From the NCBI RefSeq assembly GCF_964355755.1, contig NC_092672.1:20535237-20599236 (forward strand): a stretch of 64,000 nucleotides of DNA. The letters are read 5' to 3'. The translations under genes were made by a program, and so were the position numbers. This document shows, piece after piece, positions 43,001 through 58,000 of the stretch (its first letter is position 1; each line of letters starts with the position of its first letter). The notes under the pieces were generated by a model that saw nothing but the letters and a program-made list of their open reading frames with translations, did not search any database and had not been told where the DNA came from. This DNA comes from Antedon mediterranea (taxonomy: Eukaryota; Animalia; Echinodermata).

Positions 43001-46000
43001 TGTCAGTGGGTCTCACACCCAGCAAAGACGGGTACAGGTGCTAGTAATTTATATGATCAGATCATTTGATATCTGCTGCTTTAAAGTACAGTTTGATTTA
43101 ATGTGATCACATCATTTCCCTATTATCATTTGATTTATAATTTTAGATGTAATTTTGTTGTTGTCGTCGTTGTGGTTTATGTTTGTGAAACTAAACAAGA
43201 TGAACGGATTAAAGAATAAAACATCTTACAATGTTTCTATATTGTGTAGTGAAGATAAACTCCTTTCAGTTCAATATTATAGAAACTATTTTTATCAAGA
43301 AAGAGACCATGCCCCGCTTTAAATAGAGATGCGGTTATGTTGGGGAAAGAGAAAGAACTTTCCATAATGTATGAAGCTCATCTGAAAACACTGTTTTCAT
43401 CAAGGTCAAATATGCATAAGTTAGAACTCAGAATTAGAATGCTCAGGATATTAATGAGTATCACTGAAATATTTATTAATAAATACAAATGTTGTTGAAT
43501 TGTGTTATCCTAATGTCTACTACCAACCTTCATTTAAAATCAATTATTTTTTTAGGTAGATCAAGATCAAATATAGTTCTGACTTGTTAATGGTCACATG
43601 ACAGTATAGTTTATTGGACTTGCCAGTGATAATGACAAAATATATATTATTTTGGTCTACTATTACAGTAACACTTTTTATCAATTAATGATACTGTATA
43701 ACATATCAGTGCAACCTCCAATATTGTATTTTAAAAAATCAACAAAAATATATATATATTGTTTTTTAGTCGCGTGGAAGCGACTCTATAGTTCACTATG
43801 TCGGTCGGTCGGTCTGTCTGTCTGTCTGTTGGTCTGTCTGTCTGTCTGTCGGTCCGGTATCACTATGCGTTTTATCGCTTTATGACCTTATCTTGATATC
43901 AGTTTAATCTAGCTAAATCAATTTTTCACAGAATATTCCTTATGGCCAGGAATCGATGTGGTTATGATTTCACGGTGCGCAATAAAAAATTACGCGGTCT
44001 ACGCACGATTTAACGAAATCACGTTTGTAATCATATCTTAACAACCATGAATCACAATTAAATAAAATTTGGTACTCATAAATTTCAGGGCATAAATCAT
44101 CATATGGCAATACAATTACGTGCGTTTACAAAATTGCCATGAGTGCGCAGATTTTTGCGCGCGCACTGCGCGTTAAATGTTATTGCGCACTCTTTTTGCC
44201 CGATTTCTGTTTTCTTGACTTACTTTTCAACTCGAAATTACGTTATACGAGCACGTCAAAAGTGACAGGCTACGCACGTGTAAATTAAAAAAATATAAAT
44301 GTTTTTAAACATTTCAACATTTTTAAACATGTTCAGTAATTTCGGTCAGTATAGTTCACTATGTCGGTCGGTCTGTTTGTCTGTCGGTCCGGTATCACTA
44401 TGCATTGTAGCACGCGACTTAATGGCTGTTGGCCTTGTTTTATAGCTTTTTAAAATTCCTCGAGTCTCTATTTACAAAATGTGTGTACAAAAGAATAGAG
44501 ATTTTACTGTGTAATTTGAGCTATCACTGATAAGAAAGTGCTTATTTTCAACAAGCTCGTGTAACACAAATAACATCCAAAAATTTATGAAACATAGAGG
44601 AAACTATAGATCGATAATGTCGAATGTTGGAATGTATGATCAATAGAAATGTTTTTCCCTAAATGTTTTTTCTTAATGTGGACACACGAATCGTTCAATC
44701 CAGGCTCTTAGTCTTATGCTACGTTTTTAGTCGCGTGGAAGCGACTCTATAGTTCACTAAGTCGGTCGGTCGGTCTGTCTGTCTGTCTGTCGGTCTGTCT
44801 GTCGGTCTGTCTGTCTGTCTGTCGGTCCGGTATCACTATGCGTTTTATCGCTTTATGACCTTATCTTGATATCAGTTTAATCTAGCTAAGTCAATTTTTC
44901 ACAGAATATTCCTTATGGCCAGGAATCGATGTGGTTATGTTTTCACGGTGCGCAATAAAAAATTACGCGGTCTACGCACGATTTAACGAAATCACGTTTG
45001 TAATCATATCTTAACAACCATGAATCACAATTAAATAAAATTTGGTACTCATAAATTTCAGGGCATAAATCATCATATGGCAATACAATTACGTGCGTAG
45101 CGCATGTAACGCATGCGTACGCGCGCTTAAAATTTTCAAAATTTATTTTCGATGAAATAAGAGTACGTTTCAGGCAATTTTAAGCGTTTACAAAATTGCC
45201 ATGAGTGCGCAGATTTTTGCGCGCGCACTGCGCGTTAAATGTTAATGCGCACACTTTTTGCCCGATTTCTGTTTTCTTGACTTAATTTTCAACTCGAAAT
45301 TACGTTATACGAGCACGTCAAATGTGACAGGCTACGCACGTGTAAATTAAAAAAATATAAATGTTTTTAAACATTTCAACATTTTTAAACATGTTCAGTA
45401 ATTTTGGTCAGTATAGTTCACTATGTCGGTCGGTCCGTCTGTCTGTCGGTCTGTCTGTCTGTCGGTCTGTTTGTCTGTCGGTCCGGTATCACTATGCATT
45501 GTAGCACGTGACTTAATGGCTGTTGGCCTTGTTTATATTGGAACTGAGAAAGGCATATATTCCTGATCTAAAATTATTTTCACTTTGGGATATTTTTGTA
45601 AATTACAACTTTCATAAAAAAATATCATTAAAAAAAAGACAACATTGTATGTCTGAACATAGTATAAATATGCACATGGTATAAATATATAATTTGTAAA
45701 ATGTGTCAGAGGTCGTACATTTACAAAATAAAAAGAAAAAAAGGAATTTACATATTTATTTTTATACAGAGGTATAAAGTGAGTGGCACTAGCCTTAGTC
45801 AGTGTAACTCTCTTTTTTTCTGCTATAAATGAGTTAGGAATAAAATTGTCATGTGACAGAATACCAATGTAACATTTTTTCTTTAATCAGTATTTTAAAA
45901 CCTGATGATTATGACCTCTTTCCAGGCTGGAAACACTCCACTACATGCACATCTGGCTCGTAGATATAAGGATCCTACATTAGAAATGGTGACCTGTCTC

Positions 46001-49000
46001 ATAAATAAGGGGGCATCGGTGACATCACAAAATAAGGTAATATATATACAGACAATTTTCAGTAATACTGTATGGCAACAATCTTTCACCTACTCTAGTA
46101 AATTATTCTATTTTTTTTTCTTTTTTTATATCTGGTTCATCATATAATTAATAATAATGATAATTATTAATAAATTGTGTGATTTTTGGTAGACCTATTT
46201 AAAAAACCATTCCTTCAAAGATGACAATATCTACTATCACAGCGATTTTAAACTGATAGGAAGATTGTGGGTTGTATAATTTATGCTGAGATTGGACCTA
46301 TCGGATATTTTGACGACATGAAGTAATGGCAGTGGGTAGAGGGAATGTGCCCGGCTTCATATAAGTTATTTAATAAGGGCGTTTAATCCTATAACCTATG
46401 CTTCATTAAATACTCTGTAACCATCTGTATTTCAATACTGATCTACACATGCGCACAGCTCGAATCTGAATTAAATGAAAGAAAGAATATTTTCCATAAT
46501 TTGTTATCTAATGAACCATATCATATTCTAACTTTGCTCGATTTTGTCCCAATTCAATCTGTTGCATAAGTAAATGTTATTTTTTTAACAGATGTCAGGA
46601 TTATTCTCAATTTGTAATTTATTCTAGAAATTGACATTGAAATCTGAATCATTCAATTAAATAACTTATAAAGAGCAGACCTCCCAACTATGCTGATAAT
46701 GGCGAAAGCAATTGTGAATATACAGAAAAATATCCTGATATTTCTAATCTCTATTAAGAATCTAGATAAGAAGAAAAAGAAAATATGCTAAATATCCGCA
46801 CAACGTTTGTAATAAATTCATGTATTGTTTAATAATTCAAATATTGTATTTTCCACAATTTGGCATACCCATATTTACTATGATAAATACCAAAACCTTT
46901 ACATTTTTAGTAGCGCCCTTTTTGGTCTAATGTATTTTTCAAAATAATATAGCGCCCTGTATAGTTTGGACATGATTTTATAAAACCTCCCAATGTATCA
47001 TTTGATTTGTTAAGAGGTGACAAACTTATAACAGCCGATTAATATAAACTGAAAAACAATGTATTTTACTTAAAATTAAGACAATACACATTAAACAATG
47101 ATTCGATAAAGATTGAAATGTTGAATCATGAATTCCCTAATATTATTGTTGTTGTTGTTGGCGTCTTTGCCGCACCCAACATTTCCAGAAAAAAGGGTGA
47201 ATTTTTGGACAAAAATCACTCAAGCGTGACTTGTGTTTTTCACATGGTAATACATGAAATTTGATCACTAAAATGCTTTAAATGTTGCCATTTGGGTATG
47301 AAAACATAGGGTTTGCCACAAAAATTGTAATGAATGGACTATTAGGTTAGGATATATTGTGAAAACATGGGTTTTATATTTTATTTGCATTAAAGTGATT
47401 GTGTTGGAAAGAGATTAACATCGTTACCATTTTAAGATAGTTAAAACACATTATTTTATCACATGTGAATTATGGAATTATTTTTAAGGATAAGATAAAT
47501 ACGTGTCACACTTCACATTCTTCTTTCACAAAAAAAATTTAAACCTTATGATGATGACTTTTTTTCCACAGAATGGAAATCCTCCACTATATGAATACCT
47601 GATTCAAAGGCCCAAGCCTACTTCAGAAATTGTAAAATTTCTCATTAAAAAGATAGTGCATTAGTGACATAGACCCTGTGCACGCAAGCTTAGTGTGCCT
47701 GTTTGAGAAATTTCTGCATTAGAAAGTCTAAGTCTATAGGTAGCAAATTAAAGAGGATCAACTAAAAACACAGAATCACAACCTCAAAGGGGCTTAACAT
47801 GAATACTTGTTTATACAACCGTTAGTAAAATTGTGCAAATGCATCTCTTTACTTAGCTATCAGTCTATCCACTTCTCGTAAGCGACCAATTTTCTAAAAC
47901 GACATTTTAAGCAACCATTTCTCTTAGGGGAGCTTTTTTCATAATTGACTACCTCTTGTAAGGGATCACCTCCTCTCATAAAGGACTACTTCTTATAATC
48001 GGACACCTCTTGTAAGCGACCACCTCTCTTAAGGACCACATCTCTCTTCTTAAGTGTCCACCTCTTTCAAGGGACCACAACCTCTCTCTTAAGGGACCAC
48101 TTTGACTACCGGAAAAGTTAGGTCTATGGTGGTAGCCAAATATACATTTGTAGGGGTTTTCTGTCAAAACAACTGTGCACATATATTTATTTATCAAATC
48201 CAAACATTAAAAGCTCCTCATATTATGGGATAAAGAGACCCACTTCCCATTATATGGTTAGTGTAGTATGTTGCGAAAATTTAACACACGATAGAAAAAT
48301 TCTGCTCTTTATTGCTTCTACATATTAATTAGAAAAGTTGGTTTGTCCACCAGCAGTTTTTCTTATTATTGGTATAGTATTACTATTTATGTTTGGATTT
48401 ATAGATCTTGCCTACTACAGAACAGAGGTAGTGTTTTTGATCTGGGTGTCTATCAATTAAAAAGTCTTTGTAAATAGCTTGTTTAAGTAAATATTTTTGT
48501 TTTAGGAAGGAAAGACGCCCGAATCTATTGTAGAAACAAATATGGACATAACGAAAAAAGAAAAAACTGTGATTTTAAACTATTTTGACAGTAAGTAAAG
48601 TTTATAAATATAAATTATTCTTTAATCTAAGATAGGCAAACACAGTGTAAAAGATTTAAACTGTAACCTATCCTACCTATCTCAAATGTTTCACAAAATG
48701 TAGGTTCAAATGGTCACTACAGTACTCCCAGATTTGATTCACTATAGTTACTTCTAGGTGTCACTTTCTCTGTGGTAGTTTTTTTAAGATGTTTATAACA
48801 ACACTCCAAATAGAGTGTGGCACAGGTAGTCATTTGAAATTATCAATGCTACTATTATAAATTTTTAAATTTTACTTCATAAACAAACTGTAAGGTGAAT
48901 ATTTTTTTATATAAGCTGGCAGGCTTTATTTTTCTGTTTCATTCCAAATGAATGGAACTCAATTCTCTGGATCCAGCCCAATCAATAGCATAATTGTACA

Positions 49001-52000
49001 TGGTTGCCACTATTTTATCATGTTAATTGACATAGTTGGTTTAATATATTTGTATTAATATTATTGTATTGATGGTACTCGGACATAATTTATTATTCTT
49101 AAGGTATCATTTCTCAAGGTTCAAGTTTACCAGGGGTATTATATTATTAAAGTTGACGAGAACTATTGTACTGTATATGGGATGACATTTATTTTACTGT
49201 TTAATAACAAAATAATGTTTAGCAGTAACCTGTGCTCCGTATAGTCTTTTTCTGCCTTTATATGTGGTTATATACTAATTCGCATGGGAGAAGAAAATAT
49301 AATAAAAATGCAGTCTTCCCTGATAAAAGTACTCTGAAATTTATTTTTTTTTTTTAATTGTCAAGAATAAAAATTCAGAACTATTTACAGCCATTGATTT
49401 TGCTAAACAAAATATTCCTTTACTTTGAAATATCTGTAAGCTCAAAAATGAAAGCAATACTGGATATGGGATTTTACGAAAATAACATTAAAAAAAAACG
49501 TAACATAAACGTAAAATACCAATCTATATTTTGGGTGTATTTTTCGTTGTGTATTGTTCGATATTTTGTTTCTTAGTTATGCTCAGAATTAGTGGTCACA
49601 TTTACAAATAAAAAAATGGGACATAAATCGAATGAAAAACACGCCCTAAATCCGAAATATTGGGATTGGTTTGAGTGTGTTTATTTTTATTCATTTACAT
49701 TTTTTTTAATTTCAATTGTTTTTGATATTTTGCTAGTTCTTTGTGTGAGGTTTGGTATCTTGCTAGTTTTTTATCTTTTGCTTTAAGTGGTGCTTATTTA
49801 CACATATCGCGTAATCGAACTTAAATGTACCATAAGCATTGATATCATTGCCACGGCGTTTTACTCACTGGGCCAAACCGTGATTTACGAAAATCATTCT
49901 GTTCAAAGGATATGTATAATTAATTAAAGCGACGCGATCATTCAATATGGTTATTTGGCTACCGAGACTAAACACTGTTTTAATTTGGCGGCCCGGCATG
50001 GTGTTTGTAGATCCGGCCATGGTGGTACACAACAGAGGAAGTTGCGTAGTTTATACAGTGACGTAACATGGTCGCTGCATGAGACGTCAAATTACAGTTA
50101 TTTTTTGCCTTTTTTAGTGTTTATCCTTAAAATTTAGGAAAGTGACATAGCCTATTATGTGCGGCCCCAATTTAGTAGCATTAATATTAGATGATAATAT
50201 GAAGCATTTTTAAGGCTTACAGAGGCTGATTGAGATATTTATTTTTTGTCATAATAGAAGTGTTAGTTCCTGCAGAGATACGTGCCAGGGGTAAACAAGC
50301 TATTAAAATATATAAAGAAGAACTTAAAACTGGTAGCATGTCTGTTGTGAATTCAAGATGTATGTTTCTAGGAAAAGAAGGTGCTGGCAAGACTAGCTGT
50401 GTAAAGGCTATGGTTGGAGAAAGGTAACAAGTAAAATGGTATATTGTTTATATTACGGTATCTTGCTGTGTATGAGTGTTGACAAAGTGCGAGGCAGCGA
50501 GGCACGCGAGGCATGTCAAATATTTGTGCGAGGCATCATTTTATCATTTCCAAAAGTGCGAGGCATGCGAGGCATATAGTTTACAATTTCAAAAAGGTGC
50601 GAGGCATATCTTAACGTGCTATTATGCTATATTATAGGCCTAATAATCAATCGATACAAGCGTATCTAAATAGATTCGTGTATACACTCATCATGTTGTT
50701 TATTTTTATGTAACGATTGTTTTTTCATTCAAGTCATATCGTGTCAAATTTTACTTTTACAAAAGTGCCCAAACTACGGTTCAAAAATCTGAACGACAGT
50801 CTTCAACTTTCGATAAACAATAATTGTTATAGCGACACACTCATCAAATGACTGCAATGTTTGTTGGCATTTCGAGCGTGTTCACTCACATGTCTCTCGA
50901 ACATAGCAGAGTGAAAATAATATTTTGTCACACCCCTGCGCCTAGATCCAGTAGACCCGAGAGATGGAAAATCCCTCTTTACTATTTAGCAGGTAGCGGA
51001 ATGATTCAGCCCTCAGCTCAGAGGATTGTGGTGCATTCCCCTCCTATAGCACGTGGTTTCAGCAGCAACGCACAGACTTCTCTCTGAGCGGCGTGCCAAA
51101 GACATTTTTGACATTCCATTCTCTAGGAACAACACGTGTACCTCTCTCGCAAATAAGGTGAACAGCGATTGCCAGGACAAGTTCAATAACTGGCGGTGAA
51201 TAAAAGGTAACTGATATGCCGATCCAATAACATGCCGCAAAGAAAAAAATTGCGACAGAATTCTGGAGCGCGTGTGAAAAAAGACTTACGTCCGAAAATT
51301 GTAATACTAGGCCTATTAAACTTTAGCTAATATGCTTAGCCCTAACCTAGATAAGTGGCCTATGTAGAAAATAATTTAATCAATTTTGATATAATAATAA
51401 TTGGTGTAATATTTAATAATGATACACTATTCCTGTTTTAGTAAGCTAGGTATATTACGAACGATTTTTATTTATTGTTGTCCATGTACGTACTAATAAA
51501 CCTGGCGCTAGTTTCCTTCGCTTGTATTTTTACTCCAAATTTGATAACTAACTTTATCGTGTGAATACCACACCTTAGAAGTATACCTCATGAGTACTTT
51601 AATGACAGAATCACATAAAAAGTAACAAATAAATCCTTAAATTAATGATTTTACAGGCGTGTTTCTCGCACACTGTTCGCGAATTTCACTTATTCAATGT
51701 TCAATATTTTTGTTTCTATGGAGCGCCAAAAGAGCAACGATAATAGAGGACTAAAACTCAGTGGAATGCGTCAATTTCTCATGCATTTATTGGTGAAAAA
51801 CACGTTTTATTTCAATATATTTGTTAATTTGTCAATAAAAATGCTGTAATATGTTACTGCTCATACTGTTCTGTTTTCAAAGAATAATAATCGATCCTAA
51901 ATCAACATCAGTACCTAGTCTAGACCTAGGACATCCTAAAAAGGATATTATGATGAATTTTTCTATTTTATTTTTTAAAAGGTTACCGAAACCGTGTACA

Positions 52001-55000
52001 TTATCAACAGTACACCGGTGAACAGTAACATTTTTCCTTACTGACAGTGACAAAATCTATTGAAATTGTACTTGATTTTCACCAAATAATGCGTTAAATA
52101 TAAATGGATTCCACAGAGTTTTTAGCCCTCTAATTAATTTTGCTCTTTTGGCGTTCCATAGAAACCAAAATATTGAACATTGAGTGTGCGAAATGCGAGA
52201 AAAACAACGTCTGTAAAATCACCAATTTAATGGATTTATTGTTACTTTTATGTGATTTTTCTTCATTAAAGTAGGCCTACTAATTCTAAGCTGTGGTATT
52301 CAGGATAAAGTTGGTTAAAATACAAGGCAGGTGCAAAAGGAAACTAGCCTAGCGGGCCTAGGCTACTTCAATTTCGGTGATTTCCTGCCTTGCAATTTTG
52401 AGAAATGATAAAATGATGCCTCGCATTTTTTGATGATGGTAAAACGATGCCTCGCATAAATTTCTGACTTGCCTCGCATGCCTTCCCTGCCTCGCGTGCC
52501 TCGCTGCCTCGCACTTTGTTACTACCCGCTGTGTATTAACCATCAACCATTTTAGTGATCATTTTAAGATTTTAGGCATTCATAGTTTAAGCTTCTTAAT
52601 CAGAATGCTAAGAAATGCTTTGTGAATGGTAAGTGAAGGCATTCAGCTTTGGTAAGGGAATGTTTAATTTGAATTACTATACACTAAGGGTAACATTGTA
52701 GTATTTTAAATTATGATTCTTATTAAATAATAAAAACATTAATTTTATTCACTTTAATTTACTTTTAATTAACTTACTATAAATGTTCTATTTATTTAAA
52801 ATTTATCAGTTGTTTTATGATTGGAATGTATATTTAAATGCAGTCTCCTTTTATGATTTAGTCATTTTATACATACTTTGTATGTGTCTAAAACGTACAA
52901 TAAATGTTTAACTTTACTATACAATGTTATAATAGATTCAATTCTGCAGAACAATCCACAGATGGAATCGTTACAACCACAGTGTTTCAAGCAAAGAAGG
53001 ATTGTAGTCAATGGAAAAAGATAAAAGATGTAAATGGTGAGAAAAGCAACTGAAAATGTTAAATTTTACATATTCATCATTTTGCTATAATTTTAACATT
53101 AATTTATTTTTGATAAAATAATACTAATTTTTAAATAAAAACATTCTTAAATGTATAATATAATGCCATTTATACATTGGTTATACAACAAATAACAATT
53201 CAAAATTCATTTGGCTATGCAACCATTACGTCTTGGTCTTCTATTTTCAAAGAGGTGATTGAAATCACCTCAGATACCAGAAATTGGAAAATTACTGTCA
53301 ATGTTCAGAATATTGCTTATCATTGTATTCCTCTCATCCCATACAACACATTGGTTTCCTAATCTAATTGTCCATTTCTTGCTTTGTATAGGTATTGACC
53401 TATCAGAGCAAATTCGTTCACATGCTTTAGGAGAAAAGGTTGATAAAAGGTTACAAGAAGGTAGGTACAGACTAATAAAGCTTTTATAACATTTAAATCT
53501 GCATAAAAGATGTATAATGATATCGATCAGTAACACTGTTATATTGGTTTTGTTTCTGTAATTTTTTGTAGAAGGCAATGTTGGAACCTGGGCTAAATTT
53601 AAGAATGGTATGTATAAGATGGTAAGAAGAAAAGAAAAAGTGAGTGACATAACTAGTGTATGGGACTACGCTGGTCAACTAGACTACTATATAACGCACA
53701 GGGTATGTTTTCATTATTGTATTATAAATATCACATGTATTCTAAGAGTCATATTTAAAACAAATATTATTTTGATTGGGTTCAGAAATAATTAAATTTG
53801 AAGTTCTTAAATACTAATGGACCTTTTGTATTGATTAATTGTTGATTAAAGAAGAAGAACAGACTTTATTTTTCTTTTTACATAATGTGTTCTTATGCTA
53901 TTTTGCCAAGAACATTTTTAACAGGGTTATTTTATCAATGTGCAACTTTTTTTTTAGACTATGCTATGTTTTTGTTGGTTTTTCTAGTTCCATTGATCTT
54001 ACATGTTTCAATTACTGATTTTTTTTTATCACAAGTTTTCATATAAAACATCACCAGGGGCTGATCCAGGGGAGGGGACCACAGGGCATTTGTACCTGTC
54101 AATATTGTCAACAGTAAAAAGAGAGGGTGGAGGGCAGAGTGGAGTAGATGTGGGAATGAGAAGGTTAAATATATTATTTAAACATCGTCAGTAAACAAAT
54201 CAAAAAACCTCAGAATACCATACCTCCACCAATTATACCAGGCCTTTCTTTCTTTCTCTTTTGTTCTTATTTCATGCAATATTGCAATGTTGAATAAAGA
54301 TCAATAGGTGATCTACAATAAACAATGCTAAAATAAATACTTTACAAATACTATTCACAATCTAAATACAACAAATACTATTCCTGATCTAAAAAGGAAG
54401 AAGGTCGTAAGACTCAATAATAAATGCAAATCACTATCCAAATGAAAAAGTAAACAGAGAGGTATCACTTTTGAAATAATATCAATAATTGAAGTAGTAT
54501 GACTTTGATGGTAATTTAAAGAAATTGTATTAAATGGTAATTTATACTTACAAAATTTAAATTGTTTGTCTCAAGCTATGCATAAGTGTGTTTATGATTA
54601 AAATCAATTTATTCAGAGAAAATGTGATTTTAAATCTATCCTAAAATCTCATTGAGCTGATTTCCACGCGTTCAAAACATCATCGGATAACATATATCAA
54701 TGAAATATACACTACATTTACAAATAAAACAATGAATTAATACAAGTTAAACTTGAGAAGGAATTCTTTTTCTTTTAGAGTTGTACTTTTGTGGAATGGT
54801 CTTTCAGACTATGTTGTTTCAGCTAGTTCTTTAAATTTGTTTAAAAATAGACTAAATGAGGCTTGGGTAAACCATCCATTAAAGTCCACACCATTTGTAC
54901 AAGATGACCTGCGAGGGGCTTATAAGCAATATGCTTCGCCTCAATTTCCCTCTACTCATAGGATTATGAGGGATTACAAGTAAACAAGTAAAAGTCTTGT

Positions 55001-58000
55001 AATCAAAAAAGCTTTATATTTTAACTGCAAAAAAACACAAGTTCCAACCAAAAATTGTATATTTTTTACCACTTAAAGAACTTGAACGGATACTCGGATT
55101 TTAGTCATTTAAATTGCAAAATGATAAACATTAATTTCTTTTTGGTTAACTGAAAGAAAAGTGAAATGATTAATAAATGACTAAACTTGACCTACACGCA
55201 TGCACCAGTGACCTCCTGCAAGCTGAAAAATAGTTGTGTAAATTCCATTTTACGTAGTACACGCACCCCTCTTGTAAGAATTACCACATGTATCAATGCA
55301 AGCTGAATGATGGTGGAAAAACATGCATCCCTCTTACAAGAAATTACCATGTGTTCTTGCCTGCATTGATGGTATCTGTTCCAATTTACAATCATATTGG
55401 TGTGTATCACTATAAAACAATACGACAGGCTCATGTGTATACCAACAATGAAATTGCGCTATATTTAGACATTGACAGGGTTTGCTCACTGTCTCAGGGT
55501 GACAGCATGCAGCTTGTTTTTGAACGTCTAAACAAGTAGGTTAGACCTAGCCAATGGTTTTGAAATAATCATGACAACAAAACATACATAGCAATACACA
55601 TCATGTCAAGTTAGTTCCCGCAACATAGGAACCACAGTCCTGGTAAGGGTCTGGTATCACAGTGTATAAAACATACATAGCAATACACATCATGTCAAGT
55701 TAGTTCCAACAACATAGGAACTAGGGGTCTGGTATCACATACATAGCAATACACATCATGTCAAGTTAGTTCCCACAACATAGGAACCACAGTCCTGGTA
55801 GGGTCTGGTATCACAGTGTAAAAAACATACATAGCAATACACATCATGTCAAGTTAGTTCCCGCAACATAGGAACCACAGTCCTGGTAAGGGTCTGGTAT
55901 CACAATGTATAAAACATACATAGTAATACACATCATGTCAAGTTAGTTCCCGCAACATAGGAACCACAGTCCTGGTAAGGGTCTGGTATCACAGTGTAAA
56001 AAAACATACATAGTAATACACATGTCAAGTTAGTTCCCGCAACATAGGAACCACAGTCCTGGTAAGGGTCTGGTATCACAGTGTAAAAAAACATACATAG
56101 TAATACACATGTCAAGTTAGTTCCCGCAACATAGGAACCACAGTTCTGGTAAGGGTCTGGTATCACAGTGTAAAAAACATACATAGTAATACACATGTCA
56201 AGTTAGTTCCCGCAACATAGGAACCACAGTCGTGGTAAGGGTCTGGTATCACAGTGTAAAAAAACATACATAGCAATACACATCATGTCAAGTTAGTTCC
56301 CGCAACATAGGAACCACAGTCCTGGTAAGGGTCTGGTATCACAGTGTATAAAACATACATAGCAATACACATCATATCAAGTTAGTTCCCGCAACATAGG
56401 AACCACAGTCCTGGTAAGGGTCTGGTATCACAGTGTATAAAACATACATAGCAATAGGGTACACATCATATCAAGTTAGTTCCCGCAACATAGGAACCAC
56501 AGTCCTGGTAAGGGTCTGGTATTACAGTGTAAAAAAACATACATAGTAATACACATGTCAAGTTAGTTCCCGCAACATAGGAACCACAGTCCTGGTAGGT
56601 GTCTGGTATCACAGTGTATAAAACATACATAGCAATACACATCATGTCAAGTTAGTTCCCGCAACATAGGAACCACAGTCCTGGTAGGTGTCTGGTATCA
56701 CAGTGTAAAAAACATACATAGCAATACACATCATGTCAAGTTAGTTCCCGCAACATAGGAACCACAGTCCTGGTAGGGGTCTGGTATCACAGTGTATAAA
56801 ACATACATAGCAATAGGGTACACATCATGTCAAGTTAGTTCCCACAACATAGGAACCACAGTTCTGGTAAGGGTCTGGTATCACAGTGTAAAAAACATAC
56901 ATAGTAATACACATGTCAAGTTGGTTCCCACAACATAGGAACCACAGTCCTGGTAAGGGTCTGGTATCACAGTGTAAAAAACATACATAGCAATAGGGTA
57001 CACATCATGTCAAGTTAGTTCCTGCAACAAAAGAACCACAGTTCTGGTAGGTCTGGTATCACAGTGTAAAAATGGTGAAAGTTTATTTTACAGTCTGCAT
57101 TAATCTGCTTGACTTGATGCAAGTCATGAACAAAAGTGCTCAGAACAAAAGCAGAGCAAAATAGATAAATAAATGACTCAATTTAAAATTTCAACTATTT
57201 ATTTGCACACTAGATAGTTTCATAAAAGTGATAAAAAGAAGAGCTATTTTATCACCTTGATGAAACAGTACAGTATGTAGTGTGCAAATAAAATGTTGAA
57301 ATTTAAACTTTCATTAAGTCATTAAACTTTATCTATATAAAATATTGTAATATTATATTATAATAACCATGAAAACATAATCCTTGTTAATTTCCAGTTT
57401 TTCCTGACAAATACAGTATCATACTGTGTTGCTTTCAATGTCATGGACAACTTGGATGAGCCAGCTAAACCACGGGGTTCAAAAATAGTAAGTTAAACTT
57501 TAGTACTTTAGACAATCTTGTAAACTACAAATGCTATGATTTAATAATGTAATTTAATTTCAATATTAGTTTAAAAATATATTGTCATTGTCATTTTAGG
57601 GTCAGCTAGGAATGACTAATTTGGACATGAATTTGTTCTGGATAAGGTCCATTTATGAACATACTGTGTCACAACATGGTTCAGGAAACACTATTTCAAT
57701 TAACGGCAAGAACATAGAGTCACCTCCCATCTGTTTGGTTGCAACTCATGTGGACAAATTGTCAGGGACAGCATCAGAAAAAGAGGAGGAGGTAAATAGT
57801 ATATAAATATTAGATATTTATATCTTGTCTTTTTCTCAACTATGTCAACATAAGTGCTCCAAGCAACTGAATGCAACTATAAACCTCAACTGACTGCAAC
57901 TGACAGGCGCACAACAATGTAGACATAAGCTTAGTTACATGTATAGTTGCCCATGTTCTATTTTTACTGTAACTGAGTGAAACTGAAAAGTTTTAAACGT

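Noticed and set aside
53270-53650. 126-aa minus-strand ORF (also 59449-59649, 62109-62297, 45895-46089)
   Set aside because: Antisense overlaps of real + strand exons.
55579-57071. Possible CRISPR array or repeat-protein ORF (55933-56196)
   Set aside because: Units are contiguous with no unique spacers, there are no cas genes, the context is eukaryotic and frames break between units.
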